Shown here piece after piece: positions 29,790 through 41,785 of a stretch of DNA of 64,000 bases; the first letter of the stretch is position 1, and each line of letters opens with the position of its first letter. The DNA is taken from the NCBI RefSeq assembly GCF_009914755.1, contig NC_060936.1. One strand, given 5' to 3'. The translations under genes were made by a program, and so were the position numbers. The DNA is from the human T2T-CHM13v2.0 reference genome, Homo sapiens. The notes beneath the pieces were generated by a model. The model was not told the origin of the DNA. It made no database searches and saw only the letters and a program-made list of their open reading frames with translations.

Positions 29790-30335
29790 TTAGTATTTTT
29801 TTGCTACTGTTTCTGGGTTTTGAGACGTTTGACTGCCCAGAAAAGTTTTCCCAATGACTTTATAACTACAGACTCAGTCCAATGGGGTTCAATGATGAGT
29901 TGCTTTACAGTCACCACGGACCCCCAGGCTGCAGGTCCTGTAAACTGAGTGTGCCCAGATGAAGCAAGTGTGCCCAATTCATGACCTCAGAGCTGGCATG
30001 AATGAAAAAGTCAGCCGCAGGTGGAACGTAAGTGCTCAGGTAAAGGAACAGGAACCAAATTAAGAATCGAGAGGTGCCCTGTTTCGTTGCAGTAGGAATT
30101 TTAGAACCAAGGATATGCAGAGCCTCTTGGCATGATTTAATCAGATCACGCCTCGTTGCATTTTCCTACCTTTCTCATGGTTACCCTCTGCCTAGAGAAC
30201 CTGCCCCCATGCCCCAGCTTTGAGTATTGCCTCATATCTCCTTGCCAGTTAACCTTTCAGTAAAGCCTTTGCTTTTCTCAAAAGCTTGCACCATAATGGC
30301 GTCATCAGGTAGCAAGCCCATCACTTGGTAACAAC
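29790..30335 (+). mobile_element. ERV-type solo LTR, family uncertain
   Basis: LTR-like 3' end agtaaagcctttgcttttctcaaaagc...gcccatcacttggtaaca; 5' boundary uncertain. Confidence 0.5.
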
Positions 30336-30829
30336 ATTGCTGCTTTTAGAAACACAAAGCTGTGGTAATGTCATCATATTAATTTTTCTTTCTCTTGCCT
30401 CATAAGAAGTGTGTGACATATATAATTACAATTTGTGTTGATACCCCTTCAGCATAGGAAAGGAAGAAGGAAAAAGTGAAAATATAGGACGTCTTCCTAG
30501 ACTTCCACCCAAAACTCAAATGACAATATTATAGTAGGGTTAAGAAAGGTGAAAAGCAAAATTACTTCAGCACAACAGGAAAATAATTGTAAAAGAGCTT
30601 CAAAAATTACAGGCTTTTCTTTCTGGTAACCTTTTCATTGGACACAAAAAGGTTATAGAGATTTTAGTAACAACCAGTTTCTGAGACATCAATATCACAT
30701 TCCTTGTTAAAAAAAAATGCTATTACGTGTGTGTGCACGTGCATGTGTATTTGTATGTGTGTTTGTATGTGTGTGTGTGTGTTTATGTGATTAGAAAACT
30801 CTGTTCATTGCCTCCTAATAACCAACCCT

Positions 30830-31127
30830 GCCTGGGCACAGTAGGTTATACCTGTATTCCCAGCACTTTAGGAGGTCGAGGTAGGAGGATTTCTTGAGCC
30901 CAGGAGTTCAAGACCAGCCTGGGAAACAAAGTGAGCTCCTATCTCTACAAACAAATTAAAAAATTAGCTGGTGTGGTGATACAAGCATATAGTCCCAGCT
31001 ACTCAGGAGGTTGAGGTAGGAGGATCGCTTGAGCCTGGGAGGTTGAGGCTGCAGTGAGCCGTGATCACACCATCACACTCCAGCCTGGGGGCCACAGCAA
31101 GACCCTGTCTCAAAAAGAAAAAGAAAA
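30830..31127 (+). mobile_element. AluJ
   Basis: aggaggatttcttgagcccaggagttcaagacc...gaggctgcagtgagccgtgatc, A-tail. Confidence 0.93.
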
Positions 31128-31448
31128 CACCCCACTTATGTCCTGAAGAAAAATGCCCTATTTGTTCAGGCAGTGAGGAAATACAGTCTTTGTCAGGCAG
31201 CAGCTAGCCCTCCAGGAGCCCTAGAATCAAATCATTGCTCTAATCCAATCATGAGGATTGCATCCCTCTTGGCCTGTGATTATCTAAAGGTGGGCTGTAG
31301 GAAAATATTTGTGCTTCAGTGGAAAAGTGTGGATTGTCTAGACTCTAGAGGGCATCCTTCAGTTATCTGATTCTGTGGAGGCAATTCTACAACTCTGAAA
31401 GTTGTAGGTAATTTATAGCAATGCAAATAATTTGTCTACAGAAATTCA

Positions 31449-31798
<350 letters not shown>

Positions 31799-32073
31799 TT
31801 AAACCAAATTCCCTCTTCCCATCTCCTTTTGTGGATACCCTTGTGTGCTTCCTTTTTACATGTGTTTCAATATCACCCATCTATACTTGTACCTGTTCTT
31901 TGGATTCTCTTTTGTCCTGGTTATAACATCTGTTTGGTATCCTCATGAGTTAAATAAACTTTAAACCATGTTCATTTTGATATCCACAGGAGAGTCATGA
32001 TTTTGCCCTTCTTTGAAGATCTTCTTTTAACATGGCCGATGAGCTGTGAAGCGGCACGTGCTAGGAAGGGCTC

Positions 32074-32443
32074 TGCAGTAGGCTGTTCTGCTCACCAGTG
32101 TCTGCTTTCTGTTCCTTCTGGGAACATGGTAGAACTGCACTTCCTGATTTCCTTGTGGATGGGTGGCGCCCTTGGACTTGTTCTGGACAATGAGGTGGAG
32201 GCAGAAGTGCCCTGTGTGATTCTGGGTGGAAAGTTAAACATTTCTGCACAATGCTGCCTTCTTCTATTCCTTCCTACACATTGTCCAGGAAAGTTGAAAT
32301 GGGGTGGCTGCTTCCTGGACCCCTACTGACTGCCAGGAACAGAAGCTCCCTGCTGACCCATGATGGACATGAAGCATGAGCCAAAATTAAGCCTTACTTG
32401 TTTTTAGCTACTACTACTTAGAGGTTATTAGCCCTGACTTATA
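32074..32443 (+). mobile_element. MLT1J/I-like LTR
   Basis: gaactgcacttcctg...acttgttctggacaatgaggtggaggcagaagtg...gacatgaagcatgag...ccctgacttatac. Confidence 0.65.
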
Positions 32444-32619
32444 CTCACTAGAATCCATTCCCTCCCCACAATAAAATGGTAAAGCCTTTTCAGGAGAATT
32501 CTATGTGCGTGTAACTTTTCACTCCTGTGTTCTTTGAAATTTTGAAATGTGTTAAAATACACATACCATAAAATTTACTATCTTCCTCATTTCTTGCATA
32601 GTCTAATAGTGTTAAGTAC

Positions 32620-33569
32620 TGAAGGAAATCAGAATCTATCACCCCAAAATATGCCTCTCTGACACAAATATTTTTGAGCTGAAAGCACTTAAAGAAGCAG
32701 AAGTTATAAAAAGGGCTATTTGAGCTGCCCTTTCTTACCTATAGCAAGCCACAAAAATTCCTGAGGGAGAGCTATCTTCCCTGTATCAACACAGGGAGAT
32801 AACGCTTGTCTCCAGTGGCTGGGAATTGGGTCTGCAATGGGTCTGTATAAATATACTGAATAACCCTTATCCTTTATGAGCTCTTATACCCCCTCTATGC
32901 ACCTCCTAGTGACTCTCCTGAAGGTCACTATCCCTAGCCCAGGCCCCTCTGTGTTGCCTTTGTGAGGTAGGAGGCAGGCAGGACTCCAGACTGAATAAAA
33001 CCTGAAAGAGGTGCAGGAAGCCCGGCTCCATAAGAGACGCCCACCGGTACCATGACAGTTTAGTATTGCCATGGCAACACCCGGAAGTTACCACCCATTT
33101 TCCAGCTAATACAGATTAGCTTGCCCTCTAACTAGCATATCATTAAAAGTGGGTATAAATATGACTGCAGAGCCGCCCCTGGGCTGTTGCTCTCTGTACA
33201 CTGCCCGTGGAGTAGCCCTGCTCTGCAGAAGCAGTCACAGAGCTGTTACCCAGCTGCCACCTCAATGAGGCTGTTTAATCCTACCACCTTGAATTACTTT
33301 CCAGGAGAAGCCAAGAAGCTGCCCTGTATCAATTGCTCCAGAAAATGTATTGTTCTTTTTCTGAAAAGCATAAAAGCTTTCTGCTTTGGCTGTTTCTTTG
33401 GGCCTTCACTCTCTTGTGAGGGTTCCCATGTACCTGTACATCTGTAATTAATAAAACATGCATGCTTTTCTCCAGTTAATCTGTCTCGTGTTAATTTGGC
33501 TCCTAGACCCAGCTGAAGATCCCAGTTAAGAACTAAGATGGGTAGAGGTGATCCACAGCTTTCCCTACA
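32620..33569 (+). mobile_element. ERV1 solo LTR (MER39/MER34-like)
   Basis: tgaaggaaatcagaatctatcaccccaaaatatgcc...aataaaacatgcatgcttttctcc...ttccctaca; 4-bp gtac/gtat TSD. Confidence 0.75.
32963..33331 (+). mobile_element. MER41-family solo LTR nested in the MER39-like LTR
   Basis: tgaggtaggagg...ccataagagacgcccacc...ccatgacagtttagtattgccatggcaacacccggaagttacc...ctgccctgtatca. Confidence 0.75.
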
Positions 33570-33950
33570 GTATATTCATATTGCTGTGTAACCATCACCA
33601 TCACCCACCCCCAGAACTCTTTTCATCTTCGGAAACTGAAACTGTCCTCAGTAAAAAACAAATCCTATTCCCCATGTCCCCTCAGCCCCTGACAACCATC
33701 ACTCTACTTCCATCTCCATGCATTTGATCTCTCCAGGAGTCTCAAATGGCTGAGATCATACAGCATTTGTCTTGTCATGAATGGCTTTTCTCACTTAGCA
33801 TAATGTCCTCCATGATCATCCATATTGTAGCATGTGTCAGAGTTTTTGTTTTTAAGGCTAAATTATATTCCACTATGTGGACAGGCCACACTTTATCCAT
33901 TCACCCATCAATGGATACTTGAGTTGCTCCCACCTCTTGGCTATTGTGAG

Positions 33951-34326
33951 TGTAGTAGTCTGTTTTCACGCTGCTGATAAAGACATAAAGAATTACCAAG
34001 ACTCGGTAATTCACAAGGAAAAAGAGGTTTAATGAACTCACACTTCCATGTGGCTGGGGAGGCCTCACAGTCATGGCAGAAGGCAAGGAGGAGCAAAGGC
34101 ACATCTCACATGGCAGCAGACAAGTGAACAGAACTTGTGCAGAAAAACTTCCCCTTATAAAAGCATCAGATCTTGTAAGACTTATTCACTATCATGAGAA
34201 CAGCATGGGAAAGACCCATCACCATGATTCAATTACCTCCTACCTGGTCCCTCCCATGACATGTCAGAATTGTGGGAGCTATAGTTCATGAAGAGATTTC
34301 TTTGGGAACACAGCCAAACCATATCA
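33951..34326 (-). mobile_element. THE1 (B/C-like) solo LTR
   Basis: tgtagtagtctgttttcacgctgctgataaagac...cagccaaaccatatca; perfect 5-bp TSD gtgag. Confidence 0.92.
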
Positions 34327-34611
34327 GTGAGTAATACTGCTATAAAATAAAGGTGCACAAGTTTCTCTTTGAGATTCTGTTTTCAATTCTTTTGTATATA
34401 TAGCTAGAAGTAGAATTGCTAGATCATATATTGATTCTACTTTTAATTTTTTAAGGAAATGCCATATTGTTTCCATAGCAGCTGTAAATTTTACATTCCC
34501 ATCAACATTATGCAAGGTTTCTGCTGTCATCACATGTTCTCTTTTCTTGACAGTGGCCATCGTAATGGGTGTAAGGTGACAGTTATCTCATTGTGGTGAG
34601 GAGAATGTGGT

Positions 34612-34671
34612 TTTTAATTTTTTAAGGACGGTTCCTTAAATTTTTAAGGAACCGTCCTTAAAAAATTAAAA
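34612..34671. repeat. Perfect palindrome, 29-bp arms with a 2-nt spacer
   Basis: ttttaattttttaaggacggttccttaaa-tt-tttaaggaaccgtccttaaaaaattaaaa. Confidence 0.97.
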
Positions 34672-34740
34672 GTAGAATTAATATATGATTTAGGAGTTCT
34701 ACTTCTAGGTATATGTACAAAAGAATTGAAAACAGAATCA

Positions 34741-35018
34741 CCTCTTCCTCTTTCTTCTGCCTGGAACGGGGCTGAGTTATACATCATCACTTCAAGACCT
34801 CCCAATGACAGGATGAGAAGGAAATTAACATGAAAGATGGTAGAGGCGAAACAGGGACAGTGCTGGGGAGCCTGATGGCCCTGTCAGCAGCTCTGCCGAT
34901 GCTGGCAACAGCCTCCCTCCAGACTTCTTGTTAAGTTAGAAAAATGCACTGCTGTTTACTCAAGCCACAAATAAATTGGGCTTTCTGCTATTTTTAGCCA
35001 AAAGCATTCTTACATACA
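34741..35018 (+). mobile_element. MLT1 (K/J-like) LTR 3' part
   Basis: cttctgcctggaac...aagatggtagagg...cctccagacttcttgtta...agccaaaagcattc. Confidence 0.55.
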
Positions 35019-35347
35019 TCAGGTGATATAGATATATCGTGGATTTTCAACAAACTTTTAGGATACTGTGGGATTGCACCTGATGTTGGCAGTTCAGTTC
35101 TAAAGGTACCAGCTAAGGAGAAAATCACATTTGTTTCCAATTATCCTTGAAAAGCTCCTCGAGCCCACATCAAGTACAGTAGGATTGGTGCATGTAGGCC
35201 AGCCTGTTCAGTTGTGGCCATGGTGGAGAAAATGCTTACAGACTCACAGTTTGAAGAGAAGATTTCATCATTTTATAAGAGCTTCACTGTAGGGAGGGAA
35301 GGGATGTACTCATTAGCCTGAAGTTGGTGCCCCCTCCCCTAGGTCCC

Positions 35348-35708
35348 GGTATTAGTCTGTTCTCAAACTGCTAATAAAGACATACCTGAGACTGGCTAAT
35401 TTATAAAGAAAAAGAGGTTGAACGACTCACAGTTCCACATGGCTGGGGAGGCCTCACAATCATGGCAGAAGGCAAAAGTCATGTCTTACATGGCAGGAGG
35501 CAAGAGAGAATGAGAGCCAAGTGTAAGGCGAAACCCCTTATAAAATCGTCAGATCTCATGAGACTTATTCACCACCACAAGAACAGTATGGGAAAAACCT
35601 GCCCCCATGATTCAATTATCTCCACCTGGTCCCTCTCATGACACGGAGGAATTACGGGAGCTACAATTCAAGATAAGACTTGGGTGGGTACACAGCCAAA
35701 CCGTATCA
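35348..35708 (-). mobile_element. THE1B solo LTR
   Basis: gtattagtctgttctc...gacatacctgagactgg...cagccaaaccgtatca; perfect 5-bp TSD gtccc. Confidence 0.92.
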
Positions 35709-36060
35709 GTCCCTGACATGTCAGAAGGTCAGGCTTTCTTGCATACCTACATGCCTAATACTGCCCTCCAAAGCAGCCTTGTTGAAGAGACGGATAAAAG
35801 CCCCCTGACTCTCAGGAAAAGAGAGTCTTGGGGAAGAATTACCTTGTAAGTTAGCCAATCCTTGGAAGGCTATTAAAAACAAGTGCTGGCAACAGGCATT
35901 TGAAAGAGGTCTTAACTGGTAAGGATTTTTGAATCTATTAAGGGGTGTTTATCCAGGGGGTAAAACATTCAAACTTGTGAAGGACTCACATAGTTGTCCA
36001 GGGAAGCAGAAAACTAAGGATCTGCTTATGAGTTAGGATTGTACATACTCAGACTGGGAT

Positions 36061-36613
<553 letters not shown>

Positions 36614-36739
36614 GGATTCTTTTGAGAAAGTGGGGAAGGTGCTTTTTTTCAGCCATATTTATGCACCACATTGGAGATAGAAATTCTTTCAGCTCATCTA
36701 ACATGGCACTGGAACATATTACTGAGAATCAGGGAAATA

Positions 36740-37105
36740 CAGATGCCACTCGACTTACAATAGGGCTACCTCCTGTTACACCCATGATAGGGGAAAATAT
36801 CAGAAGTCAGAAATGCACTTGATACACCTAACCTACGGAACATCACAGCTCAGCCTAGCTTGCCTTACGCAAGCTCAGAACACTTACATTTTCCTACAGG
36901 TGGGCAAAATCATCCACCATAAAACCTATTTTATAATAAAGTCTTGAATAGCTCATGAAATGTATTGGATACTGTACTTAAAGTGAAAAACAAAATGGTT
37001 GTATGGCTGCTCAAAGTATGGTCTCTACCGAATGTGTACTGCTTTTGCACCATTGTACAGTAAAAGAAACTTTAAGTCAAACCATCGTAAGCCGAGGACT
37101 GTCTG
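36740..37105 (+). mobile_element. MER47A (TcMar-Tigger MITE), full length
   Basis: TIRs cagatgccactcgacttac...gtaagccgaggactgtctg; TA target duplication on both sides; internal match to the recalled MER47A. Confidence 0.9.
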
Positions 37106-37462
37106 TAGTTGTCCTGTGTTTAGTTAAATACTCGTATCTCACTGAGTTCGGAGAGGCACAGGTGAAGGGAGGTCCCTGAGGACATGACCCCTTCTTGCCT
37201 TCCATCTTGCTCCCCTTCCAGGGTTTCATGAGCAGAACAGAGGGTGCAGCCCGCACTCGGGCTCCAGCTGTGTTCCTCTCTCCCCAAACAGCTCATGTCT
37301 GCAGAATGTGTGTACATGAAGCACGCTCACCACTCTAAGACGAGGGTACTCCCCAGGCGGATGATGTACTTCTTGCCTTTGCACGTGTCATTCCTAACAG
37401 GCAGCACAGGGCAGTGGTTCCATTCCTGGCTCTACCGCATACCAACTGTGCAGGTTTGAGGG

Positions 37463-37627
37463 GATTAACCACTCTGTGCCTCAATTTCCTCATCTGTAAA
37501 ATGTGGATAATAACAGTCCCTGCCTCAATGGGCTTCTGTGATGATTCCAGGAGATAACATACATAAGCTGCTTCACCTGTGCTGGGGGCTCAGTAATTGC
37601 CAGGTAAGCATCCGCTACTATCATTAG
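37463..37627 (+). mobile_element. MIR SINE
   Basis: ttaaccactctgtgcctcaatttcctcatctgtaaaatgtggataataacag. Confidence 0.85.
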
Positions 37628-38034
37628 CATGACAAAACACAGCAATGGGTCTTAATTGCTACTTGAATGGATGCAGCTATTCATCTTGCCACTGCCGGTT
37701 GCCTATTTGCAAACTGGGGCCATGTACGTGCTTTGGAGTAATTTTGAGAGTTCATGTTTGCTAAAGGCACCTTGTTCCTTAACACCAAGAATCTAGACTC
37801 TCAAGAGCAAGAAGAGTATCAAAATGGTCCTGTGATCCCAGCGATCCAATGCACTTGGCATCTGACAGCCATTTTTATTGGGTAATCCCGGTTAACAATG
37901 GGACATTTACTACCCTTGCCTTTGAATACAGTGTGGGGTTCTCTGATGACGAGAATTCAGGTAAACCTGTCAATCATATTCACACACATATACATGCATG
38001 AAAGTTTAACAGAACCTCTAGGACTTTACAAATA

Positions 38035-38140
38035 TTAGCTCATCAATTTGCACAAAAGCTCTATGAAGTCAGTACTATTATGCTTATTACACAGACAAAG
38101 AAACTGAGTCACAATAAAGCTTAAATAACCTAAGTTATAT
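38035..38140 (-). mobile_element. MIR fragment
   Basis: ctctatgaagtcagtactattatgc...acagacaaagaaactgagtcac. Confidence 0.65.
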
Positions 38141-39359
38141 AAACAAAGGACGGCAGTGATATCTCCCCCAAGAAAGCAGAGTGCTGCATTTCCCCCAGTG
38201 GCAACCCTAGGGGAGAACTTGCCCAGAGGTATGCCTTTTATCATTCACAAGTGGGATCACACAGTGGAAGAAGCCTTTTTAAAAAAAAAAATTAATGTAT
38301 TGTAAAACTCCCTTTGTGTGATAAACTATTGACCTGTCTCATTTTTTTAACAGGTGCACGCCATTCCAAAGCATAGCTGCAACAGAATTTTCCTTTGAGT
38401 ACTTTCATACACCTATAATTTAAATTGATTAAGATATGCATCAAAAATTCAATAGTATAATTTGAGGGCTTTACAGTAAGAAAGTACAACTCTTGTAAGA
38501 AGACAAACTGTATCTTTTTAATTTAATGATGCGGACTTCATATATAGTAAGAAATTTAAGTCATTTAAATGGGAAAAAGAGTCCAGTATCATATAGGGGG
38601 GAAAAGTTGCATATTTTAAAGAAAGTAAATGTGTATTTCCATTTTAACTACTGAAATCCAGCCCACGACTCCTGGAAAGGGCTTCCTATCAACATAACAT
38701 TTGCATTCCATTTCCCATGAGTCATAAATCCCGTGGCATGGTCTGCAAAGGTCCCCTGAAAACAAGGCTCTCCTGCAGCATACATGTCAGCAAACCCATG
38801 AGCTATTGTCTGTTCCTACTCTTTCATTTCCCCTGATAACAGCATCTAGATGTTTCTAAAAGCAGAACACAAAGTCAAAGGACAAATCAGAGCCTCAAAA
38901 GAGAGCCTCTAAGCCAGCAGAGGCCCAGGGCTGTGTAACTAACTGCTTTGCCTCCATTTTCAAAGCTCATTGAGCCCAGGTCCTGGGGACCTGTGAGGGC
39001 GGAAGCTGCATTGCATTTAGGCAACTCCTGGCTCGGACTTCCTCCCACATCATTTATCTTTTTTAGCATCTTTGAGGAATGGAGAAGACATAGATGCTGA
39101 CAGAGTGCGCAAGATTCATTGCTGTACCACTGAGAAAAGGAAGCAAGAGCAAACAGGACTCTTTTCATCCCTGCAGAGCAGAAAATCATGAGGGAAGAGT
39201 CAGCGGTTTGTTAGAACAAACAAGGGGGAAATACAGGCTGCTTTTCTGGGCAGCAGCCACTCCTGGGTATGCAAGGATCTAGGATACAAATGCCCTGTAG
39301 GCATTCCATTCGTAGGGATTCATGCTGACGAAATAATTTGCTAAATTAAAAAAGATACA

Positions 39360-39780
39360 GTCATTCACTTAATTACGCATTCGACATCGTGCGCCTCCTG
39401 TATGCTATGCAAACTTCAGGTGCGAGGGCGGCGGCAGTGAGCAAGGCAGACACATTGCAATGGAGTGAAATGGAACACAAACAGGTAGACAGCCAACAGC
39501 TTAATTGTGGAGGCTGCCACGTGTCATGAAGACAATAGCATGAGATGACAGATGAGCGGCAGGTAAGGGTGGTGGTGGTGATTTCAGTGGAATCAGCAGA
39601 GCCTTCACTCATTGGAGACACTGGAGGTGAGGGCTGGGAATGAGAAAGGTTGGTCGGTTGAGTGAAGATATGGAAGCAGCAGGATGTTCCAGGCAAAGGA
39701 ACAATTAGTGCAAAAACCCAGAGGGAGAGACAAGCTTCACTTCTCCCGAGAACAGAGAGAGGCTTGCGTGTCTGGAGGGT
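39360..39780 (-). mobile_element. L2 fragments
   Basis: tcattcacttaa...gcgcctcctgtatgc...gttccaggcaaaggaacaattagtgcaaaaacccagagg. Confidence 0.55.
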
Positions 39781-39994
39781 ATATATTGAGAGTATCTTTT
39801 TCCACCGCTAAAGATGCTCAGAGCAGGATTAACTAGACCAAGGCAGCATAGGAGCACCCTAAATGTCTATGAATGGTTAAACAATAAGAGCACGTCACTG
39901 GATGGAATACTTCATATTCACCAGGACATTCTTGGTTGGAAGTAACATAAATCAACTTGGGCTGGCATACAGAACACGGGGCCTCACCAAGTGG

Positions 39995-40180
39995 TATTTA
40001 TTTGAATCCCAGCTCTGCCACTTACTTGCCATGAAGACTTGGGCAAATTTCTTAATGCCTCCATTTTCTCATCCATTAAATGAGAATGCTAAGATATACA
40101 GCTCTGGTTACTAAATGAGACAATGCATATAAACCTGGTCCTTGGTACCAGGAGCATAGGATACACTGAATACATGTTTG
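39995..40180 (+). mobile_element. MIR SINE
   Basis: tttgaatcccagctctgccacttacttgccatgaagacttgggcaaatttcttaa. Confidence 0.8.
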
Positions 40181-40989
40181 CTACTATATTCTAAGATGGT
40201 GGTTGTGGAAACCATGGTGAACCAAAAAGCAGGAGGCTATTACAATAGTCACACACAGAAATGTAAAATTCTATCTGTTTTCAGTTCTGTGGATGAGAAT
40301 TGCAGGACAGGAAGAGGAGTGTTGCCTGACCAGGGGTGTGTCCCAGGCCCCCCCAAAGAAGGGGCAGTTTATTAATGGCCACATGGGAACACATTGTACA
40401 TGGCCATTAGGATACATTTTCTGTCTTTCATCTCTGCCTCTCTGAGGACTTGGATTCATTATTCTTTCTCTTTACGTCCTCATCTCCCTCTACTTCCTGG
40501 GCCCACCCTTCAGATCTCAAGGTGACCTGCCCTGGGTCCAACCTCATGAACAGTGACTGAACCTCTGTCTTGGTTTCAACTCTGTGTTTGCCAGGAAGGG
40601 ATTTTCATGGCTGCTGCCTAGATCGGGTGTAACCTGAAGGTAAGGCCCATCTCCATCAAGCAGGTGGGGGGCCCGTTGCAATCACGTCGGTTGTGGGATG
40701 GGGCAGTAAATACCAGAGATCATTGGTAACAGTGAGGGAGCCAACTGTAACCGGGGTAGAGACTCCAAATATAAGACTGCCACAGTTACACAGTAATTGT
40801 AATAAGAGCAGAAACTAAGACCAAGTCTCTGATGGAATGTGATGTGAACAAAAGCAGAAAGCTCCTGTACACAATGGTCACAGCTATGAGGCAGAATGCA
40901 CAGATGTGGACCAAGACTGCAAAGGATTAGGCAAAAATGAAGACACCATATGGCACCAAAACTGTCCCTGGCTTAGTCTCTACAGTGAG

Positions 40990-41205
40990 TCTGTTGGGAT
41001 TCTAACCAGTCTACCGCTTTCGGCAGCATGACCTTGGACACGCTGAGTAATGGATCTGTGACTCGGTTTCCCCAGCTGCAAAATGGAGATGATGACAGCA
41101 CCAACCTCACAGAAGTGTGAGGATTCAGTAAGTGTGGACAAATCAGGGGCACAGAACCATGTCAGGCCTTCATAAAGCACTGGGGAAATGTTAACCATTA
41201 TTGTT
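40990..41205 (+). mobile_element. MIR SINE
   Basis: gcatgaccttggac...tctgtgactcggtttccccagctgcaaaatggagatgatgacagcaccaacctcac. Confidence 0.75.
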
Positions 41206-41732
41206 ACAGACATTTATTTGAAGTATAGTTTCCTTTCTTCAGGTTTTTCTTAGAACACAAAACAATCTCAATAAATGCCTAGCCTTAATCCACACAAAAG
41301 TGTAATAATCTAAAGAGGAAAAGATGTATTCTTCAGCTGTTCAATCATTAAAAGTGTTGCTATTGATTCTGATTTTTATCGTGTATTTATTCAAGGTATT
41401 CCTTCTCTTTCCTATCCATGCCACTCCTGATTTTCTGCAAGTAAGGCTTTGGATGTCAATGAGGACACCGTGAAATATCAAACATTTGGGCGGAATGCCA
41501 CCCCAGCTGCAGATGACAAGCAGCGACCTTGCCCAGTCTCCTACCAGAGTGAGTTTCCTGCTCTACCAGAACCAGGCATGGGAGAGCCACCAGCACTGTG
41601 CAGAGGCCCCTCTCAAGCTGCCAGAGAAAAGTACAAATCGCCCCTGTTCACTGGTTGAGTGTCGCTGCAGTTTTCGAGGCTGTCACGTTTCTGCATCCGT
41701 TAGCATGTCTGTGACAGAAACTGAGGCCAACT

Positions 41733-41785
41733 AACAAAGGGATGGAAGCAACAAAGGGATGGAAGCATCCCTGCAGAAGGGATGC
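41733..41785. repeat. 17-bp tandem duplication followed by an 8-bp hairpin
   Basis: aacaaagggatggaagc x2 (41733-41766); gcatccct-gcaga-agggatgc (41765-41785). Confidence 0.85.

Larger units (their letters stand above)
32550..34597 (-). mobile_element. L1MB 3' region, interrupted by MER39-like, MER41-like and THE1 LTRs
   Basis: aaaatacacataccataaaattta...[LTR]...attcatattgctgtgtaaccatcacc...cacttagcataatgtcctc...ggctattgtgag[THE1]taatactgctat...tatctcattgtggt. Confidence 0.8.

Noticed and set aside
39160-39202. Weak similarity to 42292-42338 (ttcatccct...aaaatcatgag...gtc)
   Set aside because: Too short and gapped to distinguish from chance.
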